A stretch of DNA of 51,821 nucleotides from assembly GCF_018977255.1 (NCBI RefSeq), contig NW_024704789.1, forward strand, positions 384,180-436,000. The letters run 5' to 3'. The translations under genes were made by a program, and so were the position numbers. Origin of the DNA: Callorhinchus milii. Its lineage: Eukaryota. The notes under the pieces are model-generated. The model was not told where the DNA came from and did not search any database. It saw only the letters and a program-made list of their open reading frames with translations. Shown piece by piece: positions 11,793 to 23,012 of this stretch (position 1 is the stretch's first letter; each line of letters begins with the position of its first letter).

Positions 11793-12260
11793 CCTCTGAG
11801 TCAGAAGGTTGTCGGTTCAAGCCACATGTCAGGATTTTGAGCGCAATGTCTTGGCTGATAATCCACTGCAGTGATGGGATTGTGGTGCATTATCAGGGGT
11901 GCCATTCTTCCAATGAGACAATAAACCAATGACCACTGCCCATCTGTTCAGCAAGATATTAAAGATCCAGGACACTTAGAGCAGGAGGTTTTTCCTGGTG
12001 CTATAAAAATGTATTTTTTTTCCTGTTATCTACACCATTTTCCTGTAATCCTCCAAATATACAATACAAAATTACATTTTTATAGCACCTTTCAAGTCGG
12101 GAGGACGTCATTCACTTATTGCTGTTAGTGGGACATTGTGATGGGCAAATTGGCTGCCGTGATCACTAAAATAGTTACTACGCTTTCCAGAAATACTCTG
12201 TGGAGTGTTGAAATATTTTGATGTTATAAGCATTATATCAAATTCAAAGATTATTATAAC
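11790..12260 (+). mobile_element. SacSINE1/Deu-type SINE interrupted by tail fragments
   Basis: GCCTCTGAGTCAGAAGGTTGTCGGTTCAAGCC head; ATTAAAGATCC; GTGGGACATTG...AAATTGGCTGCCG; tail. Confidence 0.75.
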
Positions 12261-12659
12261 ATAAGAATACGTTGGACAGGAAGAAAAATATTGTGATCTC
12301 TAAAGCAAAAAATAAATCCTACATTGCTCTCTAATAAAGCCCCAAATCACTTTATTTGCCAAATACTGTAACTATCCAATTCCTTCTTAAATGTGCTGCC
12401 ATAATCTGCACCCTGGATAGTCCAATCCACGTATAAATCCAGTGCAACATTCTTTGTGTACAGTAACTGAACCTGAGCTGTCCGCTGTGGAATTTAGAAG
12501 CAAGCTCTTCAGGGTAGATACAACAACTCCAGTCACAGCACCTTCCACTTTAAGTTGGACTGCCAATAACATTCAGTGCCGGTCACATAATACAAGGCGT
12601 CACCATGGATTGCCATTCTCTAACGTGCTATCGTGGGAAGACACAAAGGAAAACCAGCG

Positions 12660-12865
12660 ACTCAGTCACCTGCTCACCCCCTCCCTTGGCTCTTCAAGGC
12701 CCGTCTCAAGGCCTTCCTCTTTAACCGTGCCTTTGGCCACCCTCCCACCCACCCATTTGCTCCTCTTTATTCCAATCTCCAGTTCGGGTGCAAACCCTAA
12801 ACCATCCAGGCTCTTGGGACATCCTTCCGACGCGAAAGGTGTGCTATATAAATGTAATTTTTTTC
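12660..12865 (+). mobile_element. L2 LINE 3' end fragment
   Basis: TCTTCAAGGCCCGTCTCAAGGCCTTCCTCTTT...GCCTTTGG and tail GGTGTGCTATATAAATGTAA. Same family at 31105-31360, 37195-37495 and 41880-42015. Confidence 0.75.
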
Positions 12866-14496
12866 CTGTTATCTACACACCCTCTCAGTCAGTGTATAAA
12901 TAATAGTAAAAAAATAAACTTTTATTTCCCTCCCACTCACAAAAAATTATAAAAACTTCTGAGAGATCAGGAGTTACTGAGCCGAGTACAAAAGCCAAAT
13001 GAACCTAAGTGAAGATAAAGCAATTAACCAGCTACATTTCAGCCAATGAGGCATTTAATTTCTCAATCGGTTAATTCAGATTCCTTGCACAGTCCGTGTT
13101 AGCCTTCTCCAGCTAATCCTTTGATACAAGCTGGTTTTGTTTTTATCATGATGAAAAACTAGAAAGGGAAGCAGTCCATGGAAACCAAAATCATTAACCC
13201 TGGCACACTAGTTTTGTGGTTGTAGATGTTTGGTATTATCAAAATGATTTTTTTGGGGTCAGCTGGGTGACACATGCAGAAACTCTTCCCCCCCCAACAC
13301 ACATGATGAATGAGGAAACATTACTCAATAATCAACTGCAGATTATTTCCCAATAAACTTGCAGTAATGATACCAGTCGTTAATCCTCTGGTGTGAAATT
13401 CAGGGTCACATATCAGTGACATTGGATATAGTATGCTGATAGCTGGCATGTGCAATAACAATAACTGCCAGTATGGGTAAAAAAACAAACTGACCAAGCC
13501 TCCACAACAAATGAAAATAACATTAGGACAATTACTAACACAAGAGAACGGCTTCAAGGTTGTAAAACAATCTTGGGTTCAGGTGGTGACTGTAGCAAAC
13601 CGCAAAAGCTTGACTGTTTTGTTTAGATGACTTGAATCATTTCACCAGATTATTACTTTATTACTTGTGGGCATTCATTAATCTCTCGTTATTTATTTTG
13701 CAATTCTCTCAGTACACTTTTGCTCATAAAGGTGAGGGATGACAGTGCTGAGAACTGGAGTTATCCTTCACCTGTGTGAATGATCACTGTACGGGGTAGT
13801 TGAGTGCTGCTCACTCCCACGTTTGTTTTAATTCCACAGATAAATTGCATTGTCTTTCTCATGAGAAGTTGAAACCAGACCTGACCACTGATAAATAATT
13901 GGTCATATGCAAAAAGACCTCTAACTTACCCTCCTTATTATTGCTAGCTATTTTCAACTGGTAACATCCCAGCAGCAGCACTCTTGACCAGTAGAGAAGC
14001 TTCATGCTGCTGTGATGGGAACAGTAGCACATTTTTCCAGAAATGATGATCAGATACATAGGAATAAATTATCCATTTCACACCCGCTGACTCTTAATGC
14101 CATTACACATCAGATGCCAATAATTAACACTGTCCTATTCATTTTTCCCTTAATTAGGTTTAACAAATGCCTAAACCAGTTACTGGAAAATGAATACCAT
14201 TGTGAATTATTCACCAATAATCCACCCTCCCTTGAAGAATTTTGCCCAATAAAGGGAATTACTGTCACCGCCCAGTACATCTGGAATATAGCATTTAACT
14301 ACAGTAAGGATAACTGCATGTTGTTCGCAATGTGCTTTATTGATTTTAATAAGATACTTCAACAGACAGGTATGAAAGAGCCATTGACGGCTCCTATCTT
14401 GCCTTGTGCACCTCAGAGGCTTGTTACACAGAGCTAGGGCACGTGCTTGCAGCAGTCTGACAAGTGTGATGAAAAGGTCTTTCTTAACTAAACTCG

Positions 14497-14636
14497 NNNN
14501 NNNNNNNNNNNNNNNNNNNNNNNNNNNNNNNNNNNNNNNNNNNNNNNNNNNNNNNNNNNNNNNNNNNNNNNNNNNNNNNNNNNNNNNNNNNNNNNNNNNN
14601 NNNNNNNNNNNNNNNNNNNNNNNNNNNNNNNNNNNN
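14497..14636. other. Assembly gap (140 N)
   Basis: Run of N. Confidence 1.
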
Positions 14637-17202
14637 GGTCTCAAGAAGTGATTTATAATGTCAGACCTATATAGGTAACTCAACATTATTCTCCCTAAAA
14701 CCACTGGTGGATGAAATTAAGAGTAAGTGCATTTAATAAAAAAACAAGATGGCCAAGTTATTGATTACAATGGATGTGGTGAAATCAAAGAGACATTTTT
14801 AATGCACAAAGCAAAGAAAATACAAGTATTTTTTTTCTATTCAGCATCAAATATATACCTGCCAAAATATTCAATTCAATTTAATTGAATACTGTATACA
14901 ACCTCAATGCTTACAATCATTTCATCACAAATAATCCTTTGAAAGGACAACAAACGTATAACACACAACCAAATTGTTCAAAAAACAAACAACTTCAGCA
15001 AAAATGATTACTGGTTTAGTAACAGTAAGCAAGGCATCATTTCTTCAAGATTTCTAATGAGAACAATTCAGGTTTTTTTTACACTGTTTGTAAAAATAGT
15101 TAAAATTGGGTGAAGTTGTTAAACAGTGAAAATATTTGTCATATCAGGTTACCCTCCTCTACACCCCCCCACCCCCCACCACCACCCGAGGAGAATTTTG
15201 CAGAGAGTAGGTTGCATGATATTGTTTTATTTTACAGTTGTGAAAAGGAGGCAAACACAGACTATCTTCCCGTCTGTATCAGATCATCAGATCGTGTTGG
15301 AGGTGGATTTTCCGCGCACATCAGCGGTTACCAGCAGGATTCAGTATTTACAAATCCTTTGCAAATCCAGATCACAATTCCCATTTCAACACCCTATGGT
15401 TTTCCGATTTGATAACTGGGGAGGGGAGGGAGGGTGTAATCATTTCATCCACTTCAGGGAGGAAAGAAAAAGAGGAGAAAAAACCCATCAGGATCAACCT
15501 CAAAAATGCATGCCTTAACATTACATTTAAGTAACAATTTTACAAATGAGCAAATTTTAAAGTTTTGCTGCTTACAACACGGGTTTTTCACCCAACATCA
15601 AAAAGAAACCAGCTCATACACCAGATAGTGAGTCGTTTTAATGAGGCAAAAGGTATATCATTTAAGGAACCCAATTGGCATTCAGCTTTACAGGACAGCA
15701 GGGCTTGCTCCTGATCTGCAGGCCACAGAAAATACTCTGCCAGGTGAGCCTGTAGGTTAGGAAGAAAATCTGCTGTGTTTTTATTGGCAAAGTAGGAATG
15801 AGAGAAGCGCTCTGTCCACTCAGTATGCAGTTGGTTAGACTGAAGCTTGTATTTCCTGTCACTCCTTCCTCCTAGCCCCAGCCAGTTCTTGGCATGGCGA
15901 TATGGATCTGTTGCTGGCCTTGTTTTGTCGCCACTCTTTCTCCTCTCGCTTCCAGCCTGACTGTTTGCATGACAATATGTTGAATGTGGACAGAATGACA
16001 TTTTCATGCCACACAAACACACATAGCCTGACTCCGCAGCACACTGTACATGGACAAATGTAACAGGTTTACTATTACATTTCGTCGTTTATTTGATCCT
16101 GGGAGAACCTTGAAGATGGTGAGTGGCTGGATTAAAGTTGAAGATTAAAACACACAGTGTGTGTGGGGGGCGGGGGCGCAGTTTGAAAAAAAACTTTAAA
16201 AACACTGCAGTACCTTAAAGGTGATTAAGATGAACAAGAAGTGAAAGTGAAAGAAAAACGGGAAAAAAACATCCCACTTGAACACTGCTTTTCTAACATT
16301 CGCATTAATACCATGCAAAATATGGAGCTGTGCACTACAATTCACTGGATTGGTTTCACTTGGACTGTGTTCATGTCTTGAGAAGATTGGAACTGAATGG
16401 ACTTCCTGTGCCAATTTGTTCTGAATAAGTTGTAACGTAACTGAATGGTTACATCCTTTTTACACTACGGTGCACAAAGATAACTAAAAACAAGCCAGGC
16501 CTACTGATGATGGGAAGCAAGTCGTAAATCAAACCTCCTCCAGAACAAGCCTACGAACTAAGCTTTGCGCAAGTTCACCTGCAAACTGTAATCCATTCTT
16601 AAAAAGACTCACTATACGGTAGTATTGCAAAATAGTCGTAATTCTCACCTGCCACCCTGAACTACTGTGGTGATAAGTCTCCAGAGGGCAAAGGATCAGT
16701 GCTTTCAGCATTTGCTTTCCACTGCTTCAGTCATTATATAAAATACACAACCTTTACTGTACATATTCAATTTATTATACAAACATCTTGCTGGACTGCA
16801 TACAACGTTCCAAGCCTTGTTCTGACATTTTGAACTCTGCAGCTCTGTTCAGTGGGTACTTTCATTCTCTGGGTACACCTGCTTTTGTGTGTATTATAAA
16901 AAACATCTGCCATAAAAGGAACTTTGTATCTGATTTTTCAGAAAGTACATGATGTAAAAGCAACTTTCACGTGTGACGAGTTTTGTGACTTTGAGGAAAT
17001 TCTCTTTTTCGCTGATTTCAGAACTTATAGATTTCATAAAACGGAAATGGATTCTTCTTTAATTGACTGTGTGTGTGTGTGAGAGAGATAAAACGGTACG
17101 TGTTATGATTTGTTTCGTTTTTTAAAAAAAATTGGTGCAATTGTCTAGCAGTTCAAGGCACTGTAGGGGAAGTGAAGGAAATTAAATAGAGGCTCAATAT
17201 AT

Positions 17203-17530
17203 ATAATAATAATAATCTTTGCATTTGATATAGTGCCTTATCACGACTTCAAAATGGCTCAAAGCACTTCACAGAATATATTGTAAAGTGACTTGATTGT
17301 ATATTTTGTGGGAAAAACACGGTAGCCAATTGCACACAGCAGTGTCCCACAAACAGTTGTGGATTGAGTGACCAATTTTTTTTTTTGAAGGAATTATTAC
17401 CACTGGAAAAGAGATCCGCCAATCGACTAACAACGGGGTTCCTACTTAGTGCTAGGTAAACAGAGGTGTGTGGAATAGGGCAGGAAACTTGCCCAACTTT
17501 TCGCCCTGCTGGGAACTGAACCCAGGTTAC
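17203..17530 (-). mobile_element. tRNA-derived SINE, long variant, 5'-truncated, just downstream of the DMRT1 poly(A) signals
   Basis: Reverse complement carries GGGCAAGTTTCC, GTTTACCTAGCAC..GTAGGAACC, Deu-like block and (ATT)n tail. Confidence 0.9.
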
Positions 17531-17577
17531 AATCAATACACAGGTTACCTGTGAATGTGAGCTTAGTGGTCATTAGA

Positions 17578-17632
17578 TTTATTTTATGTACAGTTAGAAA
17601 CATGAAAATGCCCCTGGACTGTGACATTTATT
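17578..17632 (-). terminator. Candidate DMRT1 polyadenylation signals (AATAAA at 17627-17632 and 17578-17583)
   Basis: Two TTTATT on + about 0.5 kb after the DMRT1 stop. A further AATAAA at 16771-16776 is a possible distal site. Confidence 0.6.
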
Positions 17633-18170
17633 ACAGTAGAATTAAAACAAGTAAAAATAATTCCTCCATCCCGTGTGAAAAGAAAGGTTTGCGGTTCACG
17701 GCCTCAAAGCACAAGTAGCTGCAAGACTTGAGTAAGGATATTTACCAGACTTTTGAAAACCAGGCTTTTGAAAACCTATATCACAAAACCATTGTGATAT
17801 AGCTAATTAGACTTTCTATGCATTCATCTTGATAGCTGATAGTTTGAAACGTACAGTGCTTGCAGACTGACAAGAACAGAACACACTGCATTCAATACCT
17901 TCTTATCGTAGAGAAACATTTTCTTTCAGGGTGGCAAAGGGTTAGTAATTAATTGCTGCGGCATTATTTAATCGAACTGTAATTGTTTTTCCAACTTATC
18001 CAACAACAACAGAAGAACAACAAAAAAAAGACACAATTTGCGTGTCAGCGGAGGCAGATGTCTCGGATTCCTGCCCCGTAAGAGAACCAGCGATGAAACG
18101 TCACCGCCAATACTCACTCACCGCTCTCATTGGTGGAGTTGACAGAGAAGGCGCCGGACTCGGTGATATA

Positions 18171-18262
18171 CTAACACTCTTGTTTAAGGCTCCCGGTGCT
18201 GGTGGGCGAAGTGCTGGACAGAGAGATCAGACCAGAGTCCTGACTACTGGAAGGTGAAAATA
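18171..18262 (-). CDS. DMRT1: DMRT1 last coding exon (equivalent to mammalian exon 5); ends at TAG 18171-18173, ancestral stop TGA at 18114-18116
   Basis: Acceptor TTTTTTCTTGCAG|TA, phase 1. Translates (V)FSPSSSQDSGLISLSSTSPTSTGSLKQEC*YITESGAFSVNSTNESGE*, matching the DMRT1 C-terminus [20 protein letters not shown]. Phase-compatible with the exon at 44539-44710. Confidence 0.93.
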
Positions 18263-18324
18263 CTGCAAGAAAAAAACAAAACGAGAATGTTATCTTAAGG
18301 TGAGAGCGAGCTGAGGCGAAGATA

Positions 18325-18745
18325 ATAAACATCCTTACATTTGGTACAGCACCTTTCACGTTAAGGCCACCTCATAAAGCACTTCACAGGATTTACTGTA
18401 AAGTGTAGTGATTGTATATTATGTAGGCGAATGTGGCAGCCAACTTTCCACAAGCAGCCATGAAATAAACAATCAATTTTATCTGGGGGATTGTTGGCCA
18501 GGACACGCGGCAAAACTCCCTTCTTTTTTGAATAGTGCTATAGCATCTTTAACATCTACCTGAACAGGCAGACAGGACCTCGGTTTAACGCTTCATCCAA
18601 AGGATGGCACCTCCAGCAATGTAGCGCTCCCCCAGCACTGATTTGGAGCATCAGCCTAGACTCCATGAGTTCAAAGGTGCCAAGGTGGGGCTTGAACCCA
18701 CAACCTTCTAACTCAGAAGCGAGAGTGCTACCAACGGAGCCAGGG
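18325..18745 (-). mobile_element. SacSINE1/Deu-type SINE, near full length
   Basis: Reverse complement: GGCTCCGTTGGTAGCACTCTCGCTTCTGAGTTAGAAGGTTGTGGGTTCAAGCCCCAC...GTTAAACCGAGGTCCTGTCTGCC...GTTAAAGATGC...GTGTCCTGGCCAAC...tail. Confidence 0.88.
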
Positions 18746-18779
18746 TGACACATATCTCAATTGAGATCAGAAACATTTC

Positions 18780-19035
18780 GGCACACTAAGGCCAGTGGAA
18801 ATGAGGAACTGTGCTATCCCAGAAGTGCCGTAGAGGCAGAACCGATTGGGATGTTTTTGATAGACAGATAGTCAGCCAGATAGATGAATACATACATCCA
18901 TATATACTTGGGAAGCAATGGGTTAAAGACGTATAGGAAATGGTGAGAACTGGGATTAAAAGACCTGCTGTGATCCAATAAACTGGCAGAACAGGCTTGA
19001 CGGGCTGAATGGCCTCCTCTTGCTCTAACCATAGT
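18780..19035 (+). mobile_element. CR1-like LINE 3' end
   Basis: GAACAGGCTTGACGGGCTGAATGGCCTCCTCTTG terminal motif preceded by a degenerate ORF2 end. Confidence 0.7.
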
Positions 19036-19641
19036 CTGAAATTTATCATGGTCAGTGGGCACTTTGTGAGAGGATTATCTGTTTGCCCCCCTCCCTCCCC
19101 CATTCCTCTGTAGATAATGTTAGTGCAAACATTGTGCAACGACAAGTTAAATGTTCAACCTTTCCGGAGAGCTGTAGAGGAGGAGGAGGCGTATGTTGAG
19201 GGTTTAAAGTCAGCTCCGGCACAGCTAAATAGGGGTAGCAGTCTATGGCTAAAGATCAGTATTATTGCTGTTTCTCTCATCAACAATATTTCTGGTGGCA
19301 AAGGGAGTAATGGGTCTGGCTTGCTGCAGGCACTAAAACTCAGCCCCTTGGCACTGTGGGGACAGATCGAGCCTGTCAGGACTGCTCCCTAACTAAACAA
19401 CAAAAATCACCCAATCATGTGCTGAAGCAACAGCAACTGGCAGTGGTTTGAGAGCGCATCATTCTGTCTGGGAGCTGAGTGTCGTGCTGCCAGAACGTTC
19501 ATGACAAATGGGATCATTTTTTAATGTCAACAAATGCCAGCGTTGATGTGTGGTTCAGTTCAACAAATGAAAAAATGCAGACGCCCTCACCTACTCACTT
19601 GTAACCTCTGTATTTCGTGACCTTTGCATTGTTTTTGCAAG

Positions 19642-19915
19642 TTATTAATAATAATCCCTGCACTTGATATAGTGCCTTTCACTTTGTTGAGATGTCTCAA
19701 TGCTCTTTGCAGGATATACCGTCAAGTGGATTGACTCTTTTTTTTGTGGGGGCCAAACACAGAAGCCAATTGCGCACAGCATTGACCCAAAAACAGCCAT
19801 GGAGTGAGTGAGCAATTTTATTTGAGGAATTGTTGGCCAGGACACCAGGAGAAACTCCCTTCTCTTTTCAAATAGTTCCATTAGCATCCACCTGAACAGA
19901 CAGAACCTCATCTGA
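19642..19915 (-). mobile_element. Deu-type SINE 3' half (similar fragment at 20250-20462)
   Basis: TGGCCAGGACACC, CAATTGCGCACAGCA and tail in reverse orientation. Confidence 0.8.
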
Positions 19916-21328
19916 AGTTCTTGCTCTCCCATTGAAAAACTTGTCTTTCTTTCCCTTCACTTTCCCACCCCTCCCCTTTATTCTTAGTCTCTCCAAATCA
20001 AAACACATGATTCATTAACCAAGAACACAGGCAAGAGTGCTACACCAAGCTGCTGCTCAGCAGAACTCCGTGAGTTGGAATTGCCCTCTTTACCACCTGG
20101 GAAACCTTCTCCCCTTCCTGTGCCTCTCAGGTCCTGGTATGTGGGGACCTGTGGTCATTAACCAACAACTGTCGTAGGGATCATTGGACTGTGTCGCTGC
20201 CCCCTTCTCCCATTTGTTTCTCTCTAATTTTAGAGCAATTTTAAATATTAAAATAATACTTGCATTTGACAAAATGCTTTTCACATCAGGAGGACGTCAC
20301 AAAAATGTTCACAGGATATACTGTAAAGTGCAGTGATTGAGTATATGTTTTGTAGGAGAACGAGGCAGCTGATTTGCACACAGCAATATCCCACAAACAG
20401 CCACGAAACGGAGTGACCAGTTTTATTTTGGGGAATTGCTTGCCAAGACACCTGGGGAAACCCATCTAAAAAAATTACAAAATGTTCACTAGACAGATTT
20501 GTAAACAACGGTCTATTTTGATTTTCACTGAACATTTCACTGAACTCTCTTTCGGCACCTGCTTTGAAGGGGTAAAGAGCTAGCCTACGATGGGGAGAAA
20601 TTCTACTGGCTCTGGATTTACTCTATTTATGTAACAAGTGCTCTGGGACGCTATCCTGCATGAGGGGCACCACATAAATTCAAGTTATTGTTGTAACAAT
20701 TTAGTGCATCGAACTGTTTAATTAAAATTTCTTTCAAGAACTACGGAAAAATAACTTAAAAATTAAGACCGAATTCAATAAATTGCCAAATTCTGGAAGC
20801 TCTATAAAGCCACATAAACCGAGTAAATCCACACCCAGGCGCTTTATCTCCCCATTGAAATCTTCTGCACGTTATCCAGAAACAATGGCGGTAACCCTGC
20901 TTTATTCCCACTTTCACACTGCAGCTCTACCAGTGACTGGGGCTTCCCATCTCACAGGTCAGCTGTTAATCAAACAGCACCCACTTATCTCGAGTTGCCT
21001 GTGGCTATACACTTTCTGCCGCCGGATCTGTCCTCAACCGCTATCACCGAGCTCAGCTATCGAACACTCAGCAGTGGTAATCTTACGGAAGTGGCGATGC
21101 ATCGATTGCATCAAGTGAAACGATTATTAAGTGGTGATGTTCAGTGTTTCACGAATGCAAGGGACCTTTGATTTGAGATGGATTCCTTGTAACTCTGCTG
21201 GATGGCCATGAGCAGAGTATCAGAAGTGGAAGTGTGAAGACAGGTAGGAAACAAAGATGCTGACTGCATTATACCCCAACCCAGAGCTTGGGGTGGGAGT
21301 CCATAAAAAGAGAGGCCGTGTTATAATT

Positions 21329-21650
21329 GTGGAGTCCTGTAGAGTAGTGGGTTAGCTGCTCTCCTTGCAAACGAGAGGATCTGGGTTCGATTTCCTGGCG
21401 AGGCGAAATCTTAGGCAGGTTTCCTTTCTCCACAAATCTCTATTTACCTTGCAGTATGAACCCGGTTATTAATCGATTGGGGGATTGCTTTCGCCTACAA
21501 AATACATAGTCAATTCACTTTACAGATTATTCTGTGAAGCGCTTTCTTAATAATCTTTACATTTAGTACAGCACATTTCACACCAGGAGGATGTCTCATC
21601 GCGCTTCACAGGACTCACTGTAAAGACCGTGTATTTGGTAGGCGAACGTG
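21329..21650 (+). mobile_element. tRNA-derived SINE (long variant, internal deletion) abutting an inverted tail fragment (21547-21650)
   Basis: GTGGAGTCCTGTAG head, GGGTTCGATTTCC B-box, CAGTCAATTCACTTTACAG. Confidence 0.85.
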
Positions 21651-22609
21651 AATATAGTTTGATCCCTTCATAACACATAGTTTGAGCAATGCTTGCAGTG
21701 CAACTACAATATAGATTATCTAAAATAAACATTGGCACCAGTCTCCAGCTTGTCCTTTCATAAAACAATCAAAGTTTTTCCAATGTGTAACAATCCTATA
21801 CCGACCGCAACTGCTTTACGACTCTTTGAGGCATTGAAATGTCTCCCCAGCACTAACCCTAACTTTTAACAATTGGTACTGAGAGTAGTGGCTATTCACA
21901 AAGGGAACAAAAGATCCCCCGGCACAATTACAAGGCAGTAATCTGGCCGAGCCGAGATGATATCATATACCAGCAGAGTGAAGCTCAAGTGGTTTACAAG
22001 AAGCATTTGAATGACAAGATGATCGCTTTGAAATCAGTCACATCTTTTCTTCTGAATGATATACAGAGTTTATTTGCTTGATGTTTTCTTGAAGTGTTCA
22101 CGCAGAAACCCAATGGCAGAAATGGCCCCCCGTGCTTGCAGTTTCTGTATCAGGGATTAACGATTGTGCCTGTTCAGTGGACGGCTGAACAATGCCCAAT
22201 TGGGTTACCAATAAATAGCAGTCGGTATATATGAGGTCTTTTACAGATTGCTAAAAGATCTTCAAACAACCATATTTATGGCACTGTAAGGTTTAATTCT
22301 GCCACATTTCACAGTGAAGACCTTTCCCGCTCCTGCCCCCAGGTCTACCGTGCAATACCCCATCCCATCACGTGAGCTCCCCAAAGAATTAGGTAACTGA
22401 CAGCTGCAGGATTAAGTGTAATTTCTGCTCCTACAGAGCAATCTAACCCAGTTTCAAGTGCAAGTTGCTGACGTTTTGCATCGAGGCCCATTCCTCAGCA
22501 GAGAAAACATCTGGCAGAACATTGGAAAGGAAAGCGTCCCATACCAGGTTTCAGGATCTGAATTATTTTAGTAAGTGGATTTGGTAGTGAATTGTACATC
22601 CTCACTGGC

Positions 22610-23012
22610 ATATAATGTATGCCCATCCTTGCCAGGCTGCACTGGCTACCCATCTCCAAGTGCATCAATTTCAAGATCCTCGACCTCAATCACAAATCCC
22701 GTCACGCCCTCACATCTGTGATCTTCTTTAGTCTCACTCTTCTCGTCATCCCTTTCGCCTGGCAAACTCTGGCAACGCTGGACATTCCCCGTCCCATGAT
22801 TGGAGTCTGAGCCATTGTGTCCTCACTCTCTGGACCTCTCTCCCTCAAACCCTCCATCTCGCCTCCTCCCCCTCTCTCTGTCCAGCTTCAAAACCACCTA
22901 AATACCTAGCTTGATGACAATGCCTATGGACACCTTCCTCCTCTCCTCGGTGTCTGGCACTGTCTCTGTATAGCACTCCAAGACGGGCTCAAAATAATGC
23001 AAGTTGTTGTTG
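22610..23012 (+). mobile_element. L2 LINE 3' fragment
   Basis: PILARLHWLPI..INFKIL motif typical of the L2 ORF2 C-terminus; tail ATGCAAGTTGTTGTTG. Confidence 0.85.

Noticed and set aside
12442-12903. 153-aa ORF
   Set aside because: Non-ATG start, second half is L2 3' debris, no recognisable domain.
14207-14704. ORFs spanning the X-run
   Set aside because: Artefacts of the N-gap.
15588-16022. 144-aa minus-strand ORF as an extra DMRT1 exon or gene
   Set aside because: No homology recognised, no convincing splice context, and it lies beyond the candidate poly(A) signals.
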